The notes: generated by a model not told the origin, from the letters alone. Counted from the first letter of the stretch, positions 10,019 to 18,805 are shown. The stretch: DNA of 38,890 bases from Bacilli bacterium (GCA_045580645.1 JAZNOG010000026.1:1-38890), one strand, 5' to 3'. Numbers and translations: made by a program.

Positions 10019-10132
10019 AAGTAACACCTCACTTAATTATATTCTACCATAACTTAAAATCTTTATAAAGAAAATCTTTTTCAACATTTTTTTACTTTCA
10101 ACTAAACTATAATAATTTAAAAAGGAGAAATT

Positions 10133-10297
10133 ATGAAAGTAAAAATATTTGATGAAAACCATGAAAAAGATTTAGAAGAAAAAATCAATGACTTCATTGA
10201 AGAAAAAGAAGTCATTGATATAAAATATCAAGTAGCAATTGCAGTATCCGGAGAAGACCAAATATACTGTTATTCCGCAATTATTATGTATAATTAA
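10133..10297 (+). CDS. small sporulation protein, Cse60-like (54 aa); not in the ORF track
   Basis: AAAGGAG at 10121-10127, then the ATG at 10133. Translation: MKVKIFDENHEKDLEEKINDFIEEKEVIDIKYQVAIAVSGEDQIYCYSAIIMYN*. The pattern (MKVKIFD...LE..IN.F) matches my recollection of the Cse60 family. Confidence 0.6.
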   Translation: MKVKIFDENHEKDLEEKINDFIEEKEVIDIKYQVAIAVSGEDQIYCYSAIIMYN

Positions 10298-11272
10298 TTA
10301 TTTATTAAAATACTTATAAGCTTCTTGTGTAGCAATTCTACCACGAGAAGTTCTTTTCATAAAACCTATTTGAATTAAATATGGTTCATACATATCTTCA
10401 ATTGTAGATACTTCTTCACCAATGCTAGTAGCAAGAGTATCTATTCCAACAGGTCCGCCATTAAATTTATCAATTATAGTAAGCAAAAGTTCCTTATCTG
10501 TTTCATCAAGTCCTACTTTATCTATTTTTAATCTATCAAGAGCCTTATTAGTTATATCTAAATCTATAATGGGTCTTCCATCAACTAAAGCAAAATCACG
10601 AACACGTTTTAATAATTTATTTGCTATTCTAGGCGTCCCACGACTTCTTCTAGCAAGACTAATTGCAGCGTCATCTTCTATTTCAACCTTAAGAACTCTG
10701 GCAGTTCTTTTTACAATTAAAGTAAGTTCTTCAACTGTATAATATTGAAGTTTATTAACGATTCCAAATCGATCCCTAAGTGGAGAAGTTAAATCCCCTG
10801 CTCTAGTAGTAGCACCAACCAAAGTAAATGGAGGTAAATCAATTTTTATATTACGAGTAGAACCTTCACTACCAATAATAATATCTAAAGTAAAATCTTC
10901 CATCGCGGGATATAGTATTTCCTCAATATATCTAGGCATACGATGTATCTCATCAATAAACAAAACATCACCAGGTTCCAAATTAGATAAAACTGCCGCC
11001 AAATCTCCACTTTTTTCAATAGAAGGCCCACTTGCAGTCTTTATATTAACACCAAGTTCATTCGCAATAATATAAGCCATTGTAGTCTTACCAAGTCCAG
11101 GAGGACCATAAAGCAAAACATGATCTAAACTTTCACCACGCATTTTAGCAGCTTCAATAAACACCTTCATGTTTTCTTTAACTTCACTTTGTCCGATATA
11201 TTCATCAATTAACGAAGGACGAATAGAGCTTTCAAATTCTACTTCCCTTTCTTCTTCCAATTTCTTCTTCAC
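10298..11272 (-). CDS. ruvB: Holliday junction branch-migration helicase RuvB
   Basis: Walker [10 protein letters not shown], Walker B LFIDEIH, sensor regions and RuvB winged-helix C-terminus. GTG start after AGGTGG. Confidence 0.95.
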   Translation of the reverse strand: MKKKLEEEREVEFESSIRPSLIDEYIGQSEVKENMKVFIEAAKMRGESLDHVLLYGPPGLGKTTMAYIIANELGVNIKTASGPSIEKSGDLAAVLSNLEPGDVLFIDEIHRMPRYIEEILYPAMEDFTLDIIIGSEGSTRNIKIDLPPFTLVGATTRAGDLTSPLRDRFGIVNKLQYYTVEELTLIVKRTARVLKVEIEDDAAISLARRSRGTPRIANKLLKRVRDFALVDGRPIIDLDITNKALDRLKIDKVGLDETDKELLLTIIDKFNGGPVGIDTLATSIGEEVSTIEDMYEPYLIQIGFMKRTSRGRIATQEAYKYFNK

Positions 11273-11280
11273 AAAACCAC

Positions 11281-11832
11281 CTACCTAAGTAATAATTTTA
11301 ATGCTTCTTTAACTTGTTCTTCAATACTTAAACTACTATCAATCTTAACAAGAATATGTTTAAAATCCTTTTCTTTATAACCAAGTCCAATTAAAACATC
11401 TCTAAGTTCTTCATATGAACTATCACTACCACTTGAACTAGAAACAACCTTTCCTTTTAAATCAAGAACAATCTGCCTAGCAACCTTTTCACCAATCTTA
11501 GGAAACTTTTTAAGATATAAAATATTTTCCCTATCAATTGCATCACAAATGCCACTAACAGAACCAGTAGCAAACATAGGAAGAGCCATCTTTGGTCCAA
11601 CCCCTTTAACACTTATAAGTTTTAAAAACATTTCCTTTTCTTCTAAATTTTTAAAACCATATAAACTATGTTCATCTTCCTTAATAACTTGATATAAATA
11701 AACTTTATACTCTTTATCAATTTCATAAGCATAAGGATTAGCAACATAAACTAAATAACCAATATTATTAACATCTATAACTATATAAGATGAACCTTGT
11801 TCCACAACTTTTCCATAAAAATATGCATACAT
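11281..11832 (-). CDS. ruvA: Holliday junction DNA-binding protein RuvA
   Basis: MYAYFYGKV...[10 protein letters not shown]-fold start, HhH region ([12 protein letters not shown]) and domain III. Immediately upstream of ruvB. Confidence 0.9.
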   Translation of the reverse strand: MYAYFYGKVVEQGSSYIVIDVNNIGYLVYVANPYAYEIDKEYKVYLYQVIKEDEHSLYGFKNLEEKEMFLKLISVKGVGPKMALPMFATGSVSGICDAIDRENILYLKKFPKIGEKVARQIVLDLKGKVVSSSSGSDSSYEELRDVLIGLGYKEKDFKHILVKIDSSLSIEEQVKEALKLLLR

Positions 11833-11899
11833 AAAATCACCTACTTATCATCTAAATCAATCATATCACAACAAACGATTGTTTGCAAGTAAAAACATA

Positions 11900-11920
11900 A
11901 TAAAAAAAGACCAAAGTCTT
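11900..11920 (-). terminator. intrinsic terminator after spoVIF
   Basis: Minus strand AAGAC-UUUG-GUCUU followed by a U-run. The stem includes the stop codon. Confidence 0.45.
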
Positions 11921-12164
11921 ATTTAATAAATTTATCCAAATCTTTAGGAACCTTATCATCCATAATAGTTTTAATAATCTTATCTTCCTTCTCTTGAGAC
12001 ACTTCCTTACCAGTTAATTTACTAATTTGCTTAATAACATCTCTTAAAGCATCCTCATTTTTCATATTACCTTCTTGAAGTTTGCTCGCTAAAGATAAAA
12101 TTGTATCCTTATCTATACTAGTTTTATTTTCAACTTTCTTAAAGAAATTATCACTTAATCTCAT
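11919..12164 (-). CDS. spoVIF: stage VI sporulation protein F family (SpoVIF/YjcC-like)
   Basis: 81-aa protein whose DNFFKKVE...ILSLASKLQ...NMKNE..LR.VI..IS.LTGK.VS.E.E..II layout fits the SpoVIF family. Confidence 0.6.
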   Translation of the reverse strand: MRLSDNFFKKVENKTSIDKDTILSLASKLQEGNMKNEDALRDVIKQISKLTGKEVSQEKEDKIIKTIMDDKVPKDLDKFIK

Positions 12165-12205
12165 AAAAACCCCCTAATTCATTATATGAAAAAGGAGGTT
12201 TTGTG

Positions 12206-13519
12206 TTATTCCATATCTGTTTTATTTTTAAACACAATCTCTATAGGAACACCCTCAAAATCAAAGTTTTCCCTTATTTTATTTTCTAAATATCTTAAAT
12301 ACGAAAAATGAACTAATCCCTTATCATTTACATTAAAAGTAAACTTAACAGGATTTACACTTGACTGATGAACATAATATATCTTAAGTCTTCTTCCCTT
12401 ATATGATGGAGCAGGATTTAACTGATAAGCATCCATAATAACATTATTTAACACCGAAGTTTTAACCTCTTTATTTAAATTTTCATAAACACGTTTTACC
12501 TCAGGCATTAAAGTATGAATTCTCTTCTTAGTAAGTGCAGACAAAAATACTATTGGAACATAATCAATAAATTTAAATTCTTCTCTTATTTCCTTAGTAA
12601 ACTTCTTAATATCTTCATCCTTTTCAGTAACTGTATCCCACTTGTTAACAACAATTACTAATCCTTTTCCTCTTTCAATTGCATAACTTGCTATATGCTT
12701 ATCATGCTCTATTATTCCCTCTTCACGATTTATAACAAGAAGACAAACATCCGCGCGTTCAATAGCCCTTATACTTCTAAGCAAACTATATTTTTCAATA
12801 ACTTCAAATATCTTACCCTTCTTACGCATACCTGCAGTATCTATTAAAACATAATCACACTTTTCATATTTAAAATCAATATCAACTGCATCACGAGTAG
12901 TCCCAGCCACATTACTTACAATAACCCTTTCTTCATTTAACAAAGCATTAACTAAACTACTTTTACCTACATTAGGTCTACCTATTACACATATTCTAGT
13001 CTTAGAAGATTCTTCCTTTTCATAAGGCTTAAAATCTAAAACTATCTCATCAAGCAAATCTAAAATACCAGTATTTTGTTCAGCACTAACTTCTATAAAC
13101 TTATCAAAACCGAGTTCATAAAAATCATATAAATGTTCCTTAGATTGTCTACTATCAACTTTATTTATTACAACAATAACTTCTTTTCCAGACTTTCTAA
13201 GCATATCACGAACTTCAAAATCATTTGATGTAAGTCCTTCCTTGCCATCAACAACAAAAATAATCTTATCAGCTTCTAAAATACCAATTTCTACTTGAAC
13301 TCTAATTTCATCATTAAAAACATCCTTTGATACATCAATACCACCAGTATCAATTAAATTAAATTTATATTTTCCATAAGATACTTCCCCATAAATCCTA
13401 TCACGAGTAACCCCAGGAGTATCTTCAATAATAGATATTTTCTTTCCTACTAACTTATTAAACAAAGTAGACTTTCCTACATTTGGACGCCCTACTATAC
13501 AAACAGTTGGTAAATTCAT
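12206..13519 (-). CDS. der: ribosome-biogenesis GTPase Der (EngA)
   Basis: Two tandem G domains (GRPNVGKST...DTGG and GRPNVGKSS...DTAG, NKVD/NKWD) and a KH-like C-terminus. Start at the ATG at 13519 after GAGGTGAT. Confidence 0.95.
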   Translation of the reverse strand: MNLPTVCIVGRPNVGKSTLFNKLVGKKISIIEDTPGVTRDRIYGEVSYGKYKFNLIDTGGIDVSKDVFNDEIRVQVEIGILEADKIIFVVDGKEGLTSNDFEVRDMLRKSGKEVIVVINKVDSRQSKEHLYDFYELGFDKFIEVSAEQNTGILDLLDEIVLDFKPYEKEESSKTRICVIGRPNVGKSSLVNALLNEERVIVSNVAGTTRDAVDIDFKYEKCDYVLIDTAGMRKKGKIFEVIEKYSLLRSIRAIERADVCLLVINREEGIIEHDKHIASYAIERGKGLVIVVNKWDTVTEKDEDIKKFTKEIREEFKFIDYVPIVFLSALTKKRIHTLMPEVKRVYENLNKEVKTSVLNNVIMDAYQLNPAPSYKGRRLKIYYVHQSSVNPVKFTFNVNDKGLVHFSYLRYLENKIRENFDFEGVPIEIVFKNKTDME

Positions 13520-13579
13520 AATATCACCTCTCAACTTAACAAATTATACCAAAAAAAACAAAAAATTTCCACATAATTC

Positions 13580-14128
13580 TCACTTTTTCCCAAAAACCGA
13601 AAGTATCTTAGATATTTCAAACAAAATATCATTACACTTATTAACAGCAAAACCTTTTCCTATAGCTTTTCCTCCAATAGTTAAAGCAGAAATAACGCCA
13701 GTTAATATAAGTATTAAATAAAAAGAATTAACATCTAAAATATTAGAAAGTTTAAGCGCAATTGAAAGTCCACAAGAACCACTAATAACACCACAAATAT
13801 CTCCAATTACATCATTACAAAAAGATGAAGCCTTATCCCTTTTATTTATTAATTTTATTGCAATCTTAGAACCTTTTATCTTTTGAGATGCCATAGAATG
13901 AAATATCTTTTCATCTGCTGTTGTAATAGAAACCCCAATAATATCAAATATAACACCCAAAAATATAAAAAATAATAACAGAAAAATTGAAAGCAATATA
14001 TTTGCCTTAGGTATTATAAGTTCTGATACCAAAGAAAGCAAAAAAGATATAACAAAAGATAAAATAGTAATTAATAAAATCCATGATACATTCTTATCAG
14101 TCTTATTCTTATTTTTCTTTTTTTCCAT
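13580..14128 (-). CDS. four-TM membrane protein (~20 kDa) with a basic loop and a DxxxD motif; possibly OLE-associated protein A (OapA)-like
   Basis: Four hydrophobic helices. K-rich loop SQKIKGSKIAIKLINKRDK. NDVIGDICG (D106/D110 counting from the ATG at 14128). Its SD, AGGTGA, overlaps the stop of the upstream 252-aa gene. The OapA assignment is inference from size, topology and motif only. Confidence 0.35.
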   Translation of the reverse strand: MEKKKNKNKTDKNVSWILLITILSFVISFLLSLVSELIIPKANILLSIFLLLFFIFLGVIFDIIGVSITTADEKIFHSMASQKIKGSKIAIKLINKRDKASSFCNDVIGDICGVISGSCGLSIALKLSNILDVNSFYLILILTGVISALTIGGKAIGKGFAVNKCNDILFEISKILSVFGKK

Positions 14129-14133
14129 AGCTA

Positions 14134-14892
14134 TCACCTAAAAACATCTTCTCTTATTTTCTTCAATATCTCCAAAACATCATGATTATGAGCACTAGAA
14201 CACATACCAAAACATAAAAACAAATTTTTAATAACATCTATATTATGTTTATCTAATCTAAGAATTCCATACTTTATCTTACTAGAATTATTTCCTATTA
14301 TTTCATTACTATTTAAAAACTCTAACATAGGAATATCCATATAAAGCATTGGTTGAACCCCAGTAGCGTATTGCTGTTTTTGAATAGTAATTTCAGATAC
14401 AATAGAACAAGAATCACTAAGCATATTAAAAGTAGGAAGAGTTATAACAGACTTAAAAAAATCAACATTATTTATCTCAACTTCGCCTTCAACTATTGCT
14501 TTAATAGGATACATATCCTGTAAAAATTCTTTTATATTTTCTATAAAATTAATTAAATCTTCTACTTCATTCTTACTTATTAAACCTATTTTACAAGCAT
14601 AATAAAAAATTTCTGATAATTCATAAGGATTCTTATTCTTTCCATTTGCACCTACAAAAACTAAATTAGTTAAAGCAGTTGTTTTACTATCATCATTTAC
14701 CTTAACATCATAACCAATTTGCCATTCAACATAACTATTCTTACTTATCAAAGTAGACTTAGGTCCAAAACTTTTTCCATATTCTTGAAAGTGATCTCTA
14801 TATTTACATCTAAATTTTCCCTGACTAGTTAAAGGAACAAAAACATCAATATAAGAATCATTTACTTCATATTTCATCTGTGGAACTACCAT
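14134..14892 (-). CDS. hypothetical cytoplasmic protein (252 aa); candidate restriction-endonuclease partner of the divergent methyltransferase
   Basis: GGAGG SD before the ATG at 14892. No motif I can assign with confidence. Divergent from the MTase gene, with 123 bp between them. Confidence 0.3.
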   Translation of the reverse strand: MVVPQMKYEVNDSYIDVFVPLTSQGKFRCKYRDHFQEYGKSFGPKSTLISKNSYVEWQIGYDVKVNDDSKTTALTNLVFVGANGKNKNPYELSEIFYYACKIGLISKNEVEDLINFIENIKEFLQDMYPIKAIVEGEVEINNVDFFKSVITLPTFNMLSDSCSIVSEITIQKQQYATGVQPMLYMDIPMLEFLNSNEIIGNNSSKIKYGILRLDKHNIDVIKNLFLCFGMCSSAHNHDVLEILKKIREDVFR

Positions 14893-14962
14893 AAATAACC
14901 TCCAATTAATAATTATATATTTATTTTAACAATTTTTATGTATTATTACAACAACCAATATA

Positions 14963-14991
14963 TTGAAGAAAAAAAACTATTTTGCTATAAT
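14963..14991 (+). promoter_or_regulatory. sigma-A-type promoter of the methyltransferase gene
   Basis: TTGAAG (14963-14968), 17-bp spacer ending in TGc, then TATAAT (14986-14991). SD AAGGAG at 15001-15006. Confidence 0.6.
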
Positions 14992-15015
14992 AAAATAACA
15001 AAGGAGACTAAAAAT

Positions 15016-16167
15016 ATGATAAATCTATCAGAAAATACCCACCTAACTCGTGAAGATATCATTAAAAACGGAAGTATATTCACGACAGAAAATTTAGTAA
15101 ATATAGTATACAATATGCTTGAAAAATATATAGACGATAACAAAATAATTGCTGATTTCGGCGCAGGTTATGGTTCATTTATCAAAGTCTTTCAAAACAA
15201 AGGAAAAAAATGTTTTGGAACAGAAATTGATAAACAATCATACGAACTACTAAAAAAACAATTTCCAAATACAGAATTTTATCTAGAAAACTCTCTTTTT
15301 AACGTAAATAGAAAAAAATACAACATCAAAAAAAATGACGAACTAATTATAATAGGAAACCCACCTTACAATGACATAACAAGCCTCTACAAAAAAGGCA
15401 ACAAAGGAAATATATTATGCGATGAAGACATAAAATCAAGAGATTTTGGAATATCATTTTTAAAAGCCTATAACAAATTAAATGCTAAATACATATGTAT
15501 ATTACATCCACTTGCCTATTTAATAAAAAAACAAAATTTTAAATCATTAGATAATTTTAGAGAAAATTATAAATTGATAGATGCTACAATTTTTTCAAGT
15601 AAAGAATTTGAATCAATAAAAAAGACAAACTCAGAGTTCCCCGTAGTAGCGGCACTATATGAAAAAAACAATAACGGAATGGACTTCAACTATATAGAAA
15701 ACTTTAACTTTAAGATACTAAATTCAAACAAAACATTATGTTTAAATAAAATATCCACAATTGATGGAAAAATAAATAAATATCCAAAAAAAGAAAAACA
15801 AGAAAAACTACAATTTTATACCTTAAGAGACATAAATGCCTTAAAAAGAAATGCTACCTTTATAGAAGGAAAAATAACTAATGGTATAGATGTCAATATT
15901 AAAAACCTATATCAATATGCTTGGTTGTATTTTTTCAAAAATAATTTTAATCCAAAAGAAAACAATTTTATATATAACAATTTATCCCCTTTATATACAA
16001 AAAAAATTGAAGAAAAAAAATATCAAAACGCACTAGTATCGTATGCGTTCAATAATTGTCCTTTAATAAAAAAATACATTTCAAAAGAAGAAATAGAAAA
16101 AGAATATGGAATAATAATAAATAATTATGAAATAATACTAGAAGAAATAGAAAAACTATATATATAA
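15016..16167 (+). CDS. N6-adenine DNA methyltransferase, gamma class (Eco57I/TaqI-like)
   Basis: Motif I IIADFGAGYGSF precedes motif IV IIIGNPPYN, and a variable C-terminal half fits a target-recognition domain. Start moved to the ATG at 15016 (SD AAGGAG 9 nt upstream); the predicted promoter lies inside the track's longer ORF. Confidence 0.8.
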   Translation: MINLSENTHLTREDIIKNGSIFTTENLVNIVYNMLEKYIDDNKIIADFGAGYGSFIKVFQNKGKKCFGTEIDKQSYELLKKQFPNTEFYLENSLFNVNRKKYNIKKNDELIIIGNPPYNDITSLYKKGNKGNILCDEDIKSRDFGISFLKAYNKLNAKYICILHPLAYLIKKQNFKSLDNFRENYKLIDATIFSSKEFESIKKTNSEFPVVAALYEKNNNGMDFNYIENFNFKILNSNKTLCLNKISTIDGKINKYPKKEKQEKLQFYTLRDINALKRNATFIEGKITNGIDVNIKNLYQYAWLYFFKNNFNPKENNFIYNNLSPLYTKKIEEKKYQNALVSYAFNNCPLIKKYISKEEIEKEYGIIINNYEIILEEIEKLYI

Positions 16168-16190
16168 AATGCAAAATTTGCATTTTTTTT
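16167..16190 (+). terminator. intrinsic terminator of the methyltransferase gene
   Basis: AAUGCA-loop-UGCAUU hairpin directly after the TAA, followed by a U-run (16183-16190). Confidence 0.55.
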
Positions 16191-16193
16191 AAT

Positions 16194-16215
16194 AAAAAAA
16201 AAGAGCAAACGCTCT
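16194..16215 (-). terminator. intrinsic terminator of the large ncRNA
   Basis: Minus strand AGAGC-GUUU-GCUCU followed by 9 U. Lies back to back with the MTase terminator. Confidence 0.55.
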
Positions 16216-16806
16216 AAATAAATGGTCTATTCTATAATTAATTTTACGTCTTAGGTCAAGTTGGATTTCCCTATTTCTTACTATCCGTTACCAGATAAGC
16301 AGTTCCCTTTTAAAAGAAACAGTAGTATGTCACCATATCTACGACTTGATTACCACTTAGTACGCACTTAAATCTTATAGAATGTCACTCTAGGGGTTTT
16401 CCCCAATAACTTGTTATCTATTAATACTCTTTTGCAACTAAAGTTTCAAAAAGCGATTCCTATAATAACTGGCCAATTATTATAAGATTGTTCCTTTATC
16501 CCCCTTAATCACTCAAGTCAAGCTACTCTATTCATAACTCATCGCCACATAATAGGTTCTTTCTTATCTCGTAGAAAATCATCAAGTTGTCTGTATAGAT
16601 TTTCCACAATAATAAGTCTCCACGAATAAATGGAAACATTCCTTACATGCCATTGTAAGTGTCCATAAATTCTTAACCCTCAGCATCCACCCTAAACTGG
16701 GCGTAAAAGGCAAACACCAAGGACTTCACAGATATGCTCTTTAGTGGATTTTTAGGCCCACCCTCATAGATAACTTATTAACTAGAATAATGTGCCATCT
16801 GTTAAT
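16196..16806 (-). ncRNA. large (~610 nt) structured non-coding RNA candidate, OLE/ROOL-class; class unassigned
   Basis: No ORF in any frame. About 35% G+C by hand count (210/600 over 16201-16800), against 13-28% in sampled flanking lines. Own promoter and terminator. 5'/3' closing helix (16798-16795 with 16225-16222; 16789-16783 with 16234-16228). Hairpins at 16487-16458, 16666-16630 and 16404-16393. Confidence 0.7.
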
Positions 16807-16812
16807 AAACTA

Positions 16813-16841
16813 ATTATACCACAAAACTTAAAAAAAATCAA
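16813..16841 (-). promoter_or_regulatory. sigma-A-type promoter of the large ncRNA
   Basis: Minus strand TTGATT (16841-16836), 17-bp spacer, then TGgTATAAT (-10 at 16818-16813). The -35 box contains the TGA stop of the LysM gene. Confidence 0.65.
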
Positions 16842-17287
16842 ATTTTACGGTTTACAATAAGCTGATCAGGCAATAAATATATACTATTATTACTATATAA
16901 CACATCTTGTGGATCAACTTTAAAATATGAAGCAACAGAAGTAATTGTATCCCCATCACTTGTTATATATGTTTGTATATTCACCTTAGGAACAAGAAGC
17001 GTTTGTCCAGGATAAATATATTCATTAGCATTTAAACCATTAATTGCAGAAAGTGTCTTACTATTCGTTCCATAGGCACTTGCAATCTTATATAAAGTAT
17101 CATTCTTACTTACCTTATAATAATCAAAAATATTAAAAGTTCCAGTAGGAATATTCAAAACTTGTCCCTCTACTATATTATATGGCTTTTTCAAATTATT
17201 AAATCTTATAATCTCAATCGCGGGAATATTATATAAACTAGAAATAGAACTAATAGTATCATCTTTTTTAACCAAATATGTATCCAT
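16838..17287 (-). CDS. LysM-repeat peptidoglycan-binding protein (three LysM domains)
   Basis: Three copies of the Y.VKKGDTL..IA......I...N.L......GQ.L.IP pattern. Start at the ATG at 17287 after AAAGGGG. Confidence 0.85.
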   Translation of the reverse strand: MDTYLVKKDDTISSISSLYNIPAIEIIRFNNLKKPYNIVEGQVLNIPTGTFNIFDYYKVSKNDTLYKIASAYGTNSKTLSAINGLNANEYIYPGQTLLVPKVNIQTYITSDGDTITSVASYFKVDPQDVLYSNNSIYLLPDQLIVNRKI

Positions 17288-17331
17288 GATAACCCCTTTC
17301 ATTAAAATATATGAAAAAAGAAGTAAAAATT

Positions 17332-18486
17332 TTACTTCTTATAAACAAAAACTCTATTAAAAGGATTAAACCTAAGTTCATCATAAATAACAACCGGTTT
17401 TATAACACTACCTATTTCATAATAATATAAAATATTATCACTAACAAAATATATAATATTATCTAAAATATTTATATTATTAATCTTCATATTAAACAAA
17501 ATAGTTTCAACCTTAGTTTCTTTATTATACATATAAAAATTATTATCATTATCTAAATAATAAGAAAAATTATCTAAATCCTTATAAAAAACATATCCAT
17601 TGTTATTCCCAAAAATCTTCTTCTCATTCTTAAATTCATAAATATCTAAAGTTTTAAAAGAATCATCATAAAACAAAGCACCAAGCTTCTTATTACCAAC
17701 TTCCCTAATTTTTTTATTCTTAGGATTTATCTCATATTGAACTAGGGTATCAACATCAAATAAATAAATTTTTCCATCTACAATTCCATTTATATAACAA
17801 TTTTTACTAATAGAATCCTTAAGATTAATAACTTTCTTTCTATCGTTTACAATATTATAAATATAAATACTATTATATTCATACTTATCATCATAATTTA
17901 AAGTAACATAATATTTATCTACTAAAACACCTAATTCATTATTATAAACATCATTAGAAAAAACATCTATAACAGAAAGTTCATCACTAACCTTATAAAA
18001 ACCATTATAATTCCAAATATAAATATAATTATCATCTAAAACATTATCAACATAAACCTTAGATAAATCCAAATTTTTTGTTTTAAAACTTTCTTCTTCC
18101 TGTAAAGCAAAATCACTTAATTCTTCTAAAAAATAATATGAAGAATAACTATTACCATCTTTAAAACAACTAACATAACTATTTTCCAAATTTATATCAA
18201 TACATTTTAAATTATCTTTCTCATAATAACTAATATTTTTTACAATCTCTTTATCCTTATGATAAACATTATCTAAAATATAAGAAAAATATTCTTCCCC
18301 TAAACTAACTTTAATATAATACTTATCATGCTTAAATATTTCGTTAACTACATACTTTTTATCATCAAATTTTAACTCATAATTTATATCATGTTTAGTC
18401 TTAAAACACCAAAAAATAAATTGTCCAATAAAATATAAAATAATTAAAATCAATAATAACTTTACTACTTTTTTCAAACCTACCAC
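17332..18486 (-). CDS. membrane-anchored hypothetical protein with Y/N/D-rich beta-repeat (propeller-like) ectodomain
   Basis: N-terminal TM helix (LLLILIILYFIGQFIFWCF). Repeated motifs of the DGKIYLFD / DNIIYFVSDNILYYYE type. The start is ambiguous: GTG at 18486, or TTG at 18477 after AGGTGG. Confidence 0.5.
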   Translation of the reverse strand: MVGLKKVVKLLLILIILYFIGQFIFWCFKTKHDINYELKFDDKKYVVNEIFKHDKYYIKVSLGEEYFSYILDNVYHKDKEIVKNISYYEKDNLKCIDINLENSYVSCFKDGNSYSSYYFLEELSDFALQEEESFKTKNLDLSKVYVDNVLDDNYIYIWNYNGFYKVSDELSVIDVFSNDVYNNELGVLVDKYYVTLNYDDKYEYNSIYIYNIVNDRKKVINLKDSISKNCYINGIVDGKIYLFDVDTLVQYEINPKNKKIREVGNKKLGALFYDDSFKTLDIYEFKNEKKIFGNNNGYVFYKDLDNFSYYLDNDNNFYMYNKETKVETILFNMKINNINILDNIIYFVSDNILYYYEIGSVIKPVVIYDELRFNPFNRVFVYKK

Positions 18487-18798
18487 CTAATCTATAACTA
18501 CACTTAATTTTATTATTAAATCCATATCATCATCAATAGAGGCAATATTCTTTTTTAATACTCCACATTTCTCACATCTATAAAGTATTTTATATCCCTT
18601 TTTAAACTTTTCAATACCAATAGGCCTTAAAACACCACCACAATCAGCACTCCTATCACCAGGATTTATATCAACATGCAAAGAACACAAACACTTTGGA
18701 CAATGATCTCTTGCAGTATAATTTAACTTTTCAACAAAATTACCACAATTAAGGCAAACAAACTCCTCATCTATCATTTTAAATTTCTTATCTTCCAT
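18487..18798 (-). CDS. RNHCP-domain zinc-ribbon protein
   Basis: CLNCG...RDHCPKCLCSLHVD...CGG...RCEKCG matches the RNHCP domain signature; ~100 aa. Confidence 0.75.
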   Translation of the reverse strand: MEDKKFKMIDEEFVCLNCGNFVEKLNYTARDHCPKCLCSLHVDINPGDRSADCGGVLRPIGIEKFKKGYKILYRCEKCGVLKKNIASIDDDMDLIIKLSVVID

Positions 18799-18805
18799 AT
18801 AACAC

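Noticed and set aside
16196-16806. Whether the large RNA is RNase P RNA, tmRNA, SRP RNA, a group II intron or an rRNA/tRNA fragment.
   Set aside because: RNase P: there is no GGAAAGUCC P4 strand (only GUGAAGUCC) and no ACAGAA...GGCUUA partner in the right order, and the RNA is about 200 nt too long. tmRNA: there is no GGGG 5' end or tRNA-like 3' end. Group II intron: there is no 5' GUGYG or domain V consensus. tRNA: there is no T-loop GGTTCGA-type motif. A covariance-model search is still needed to be definitive.
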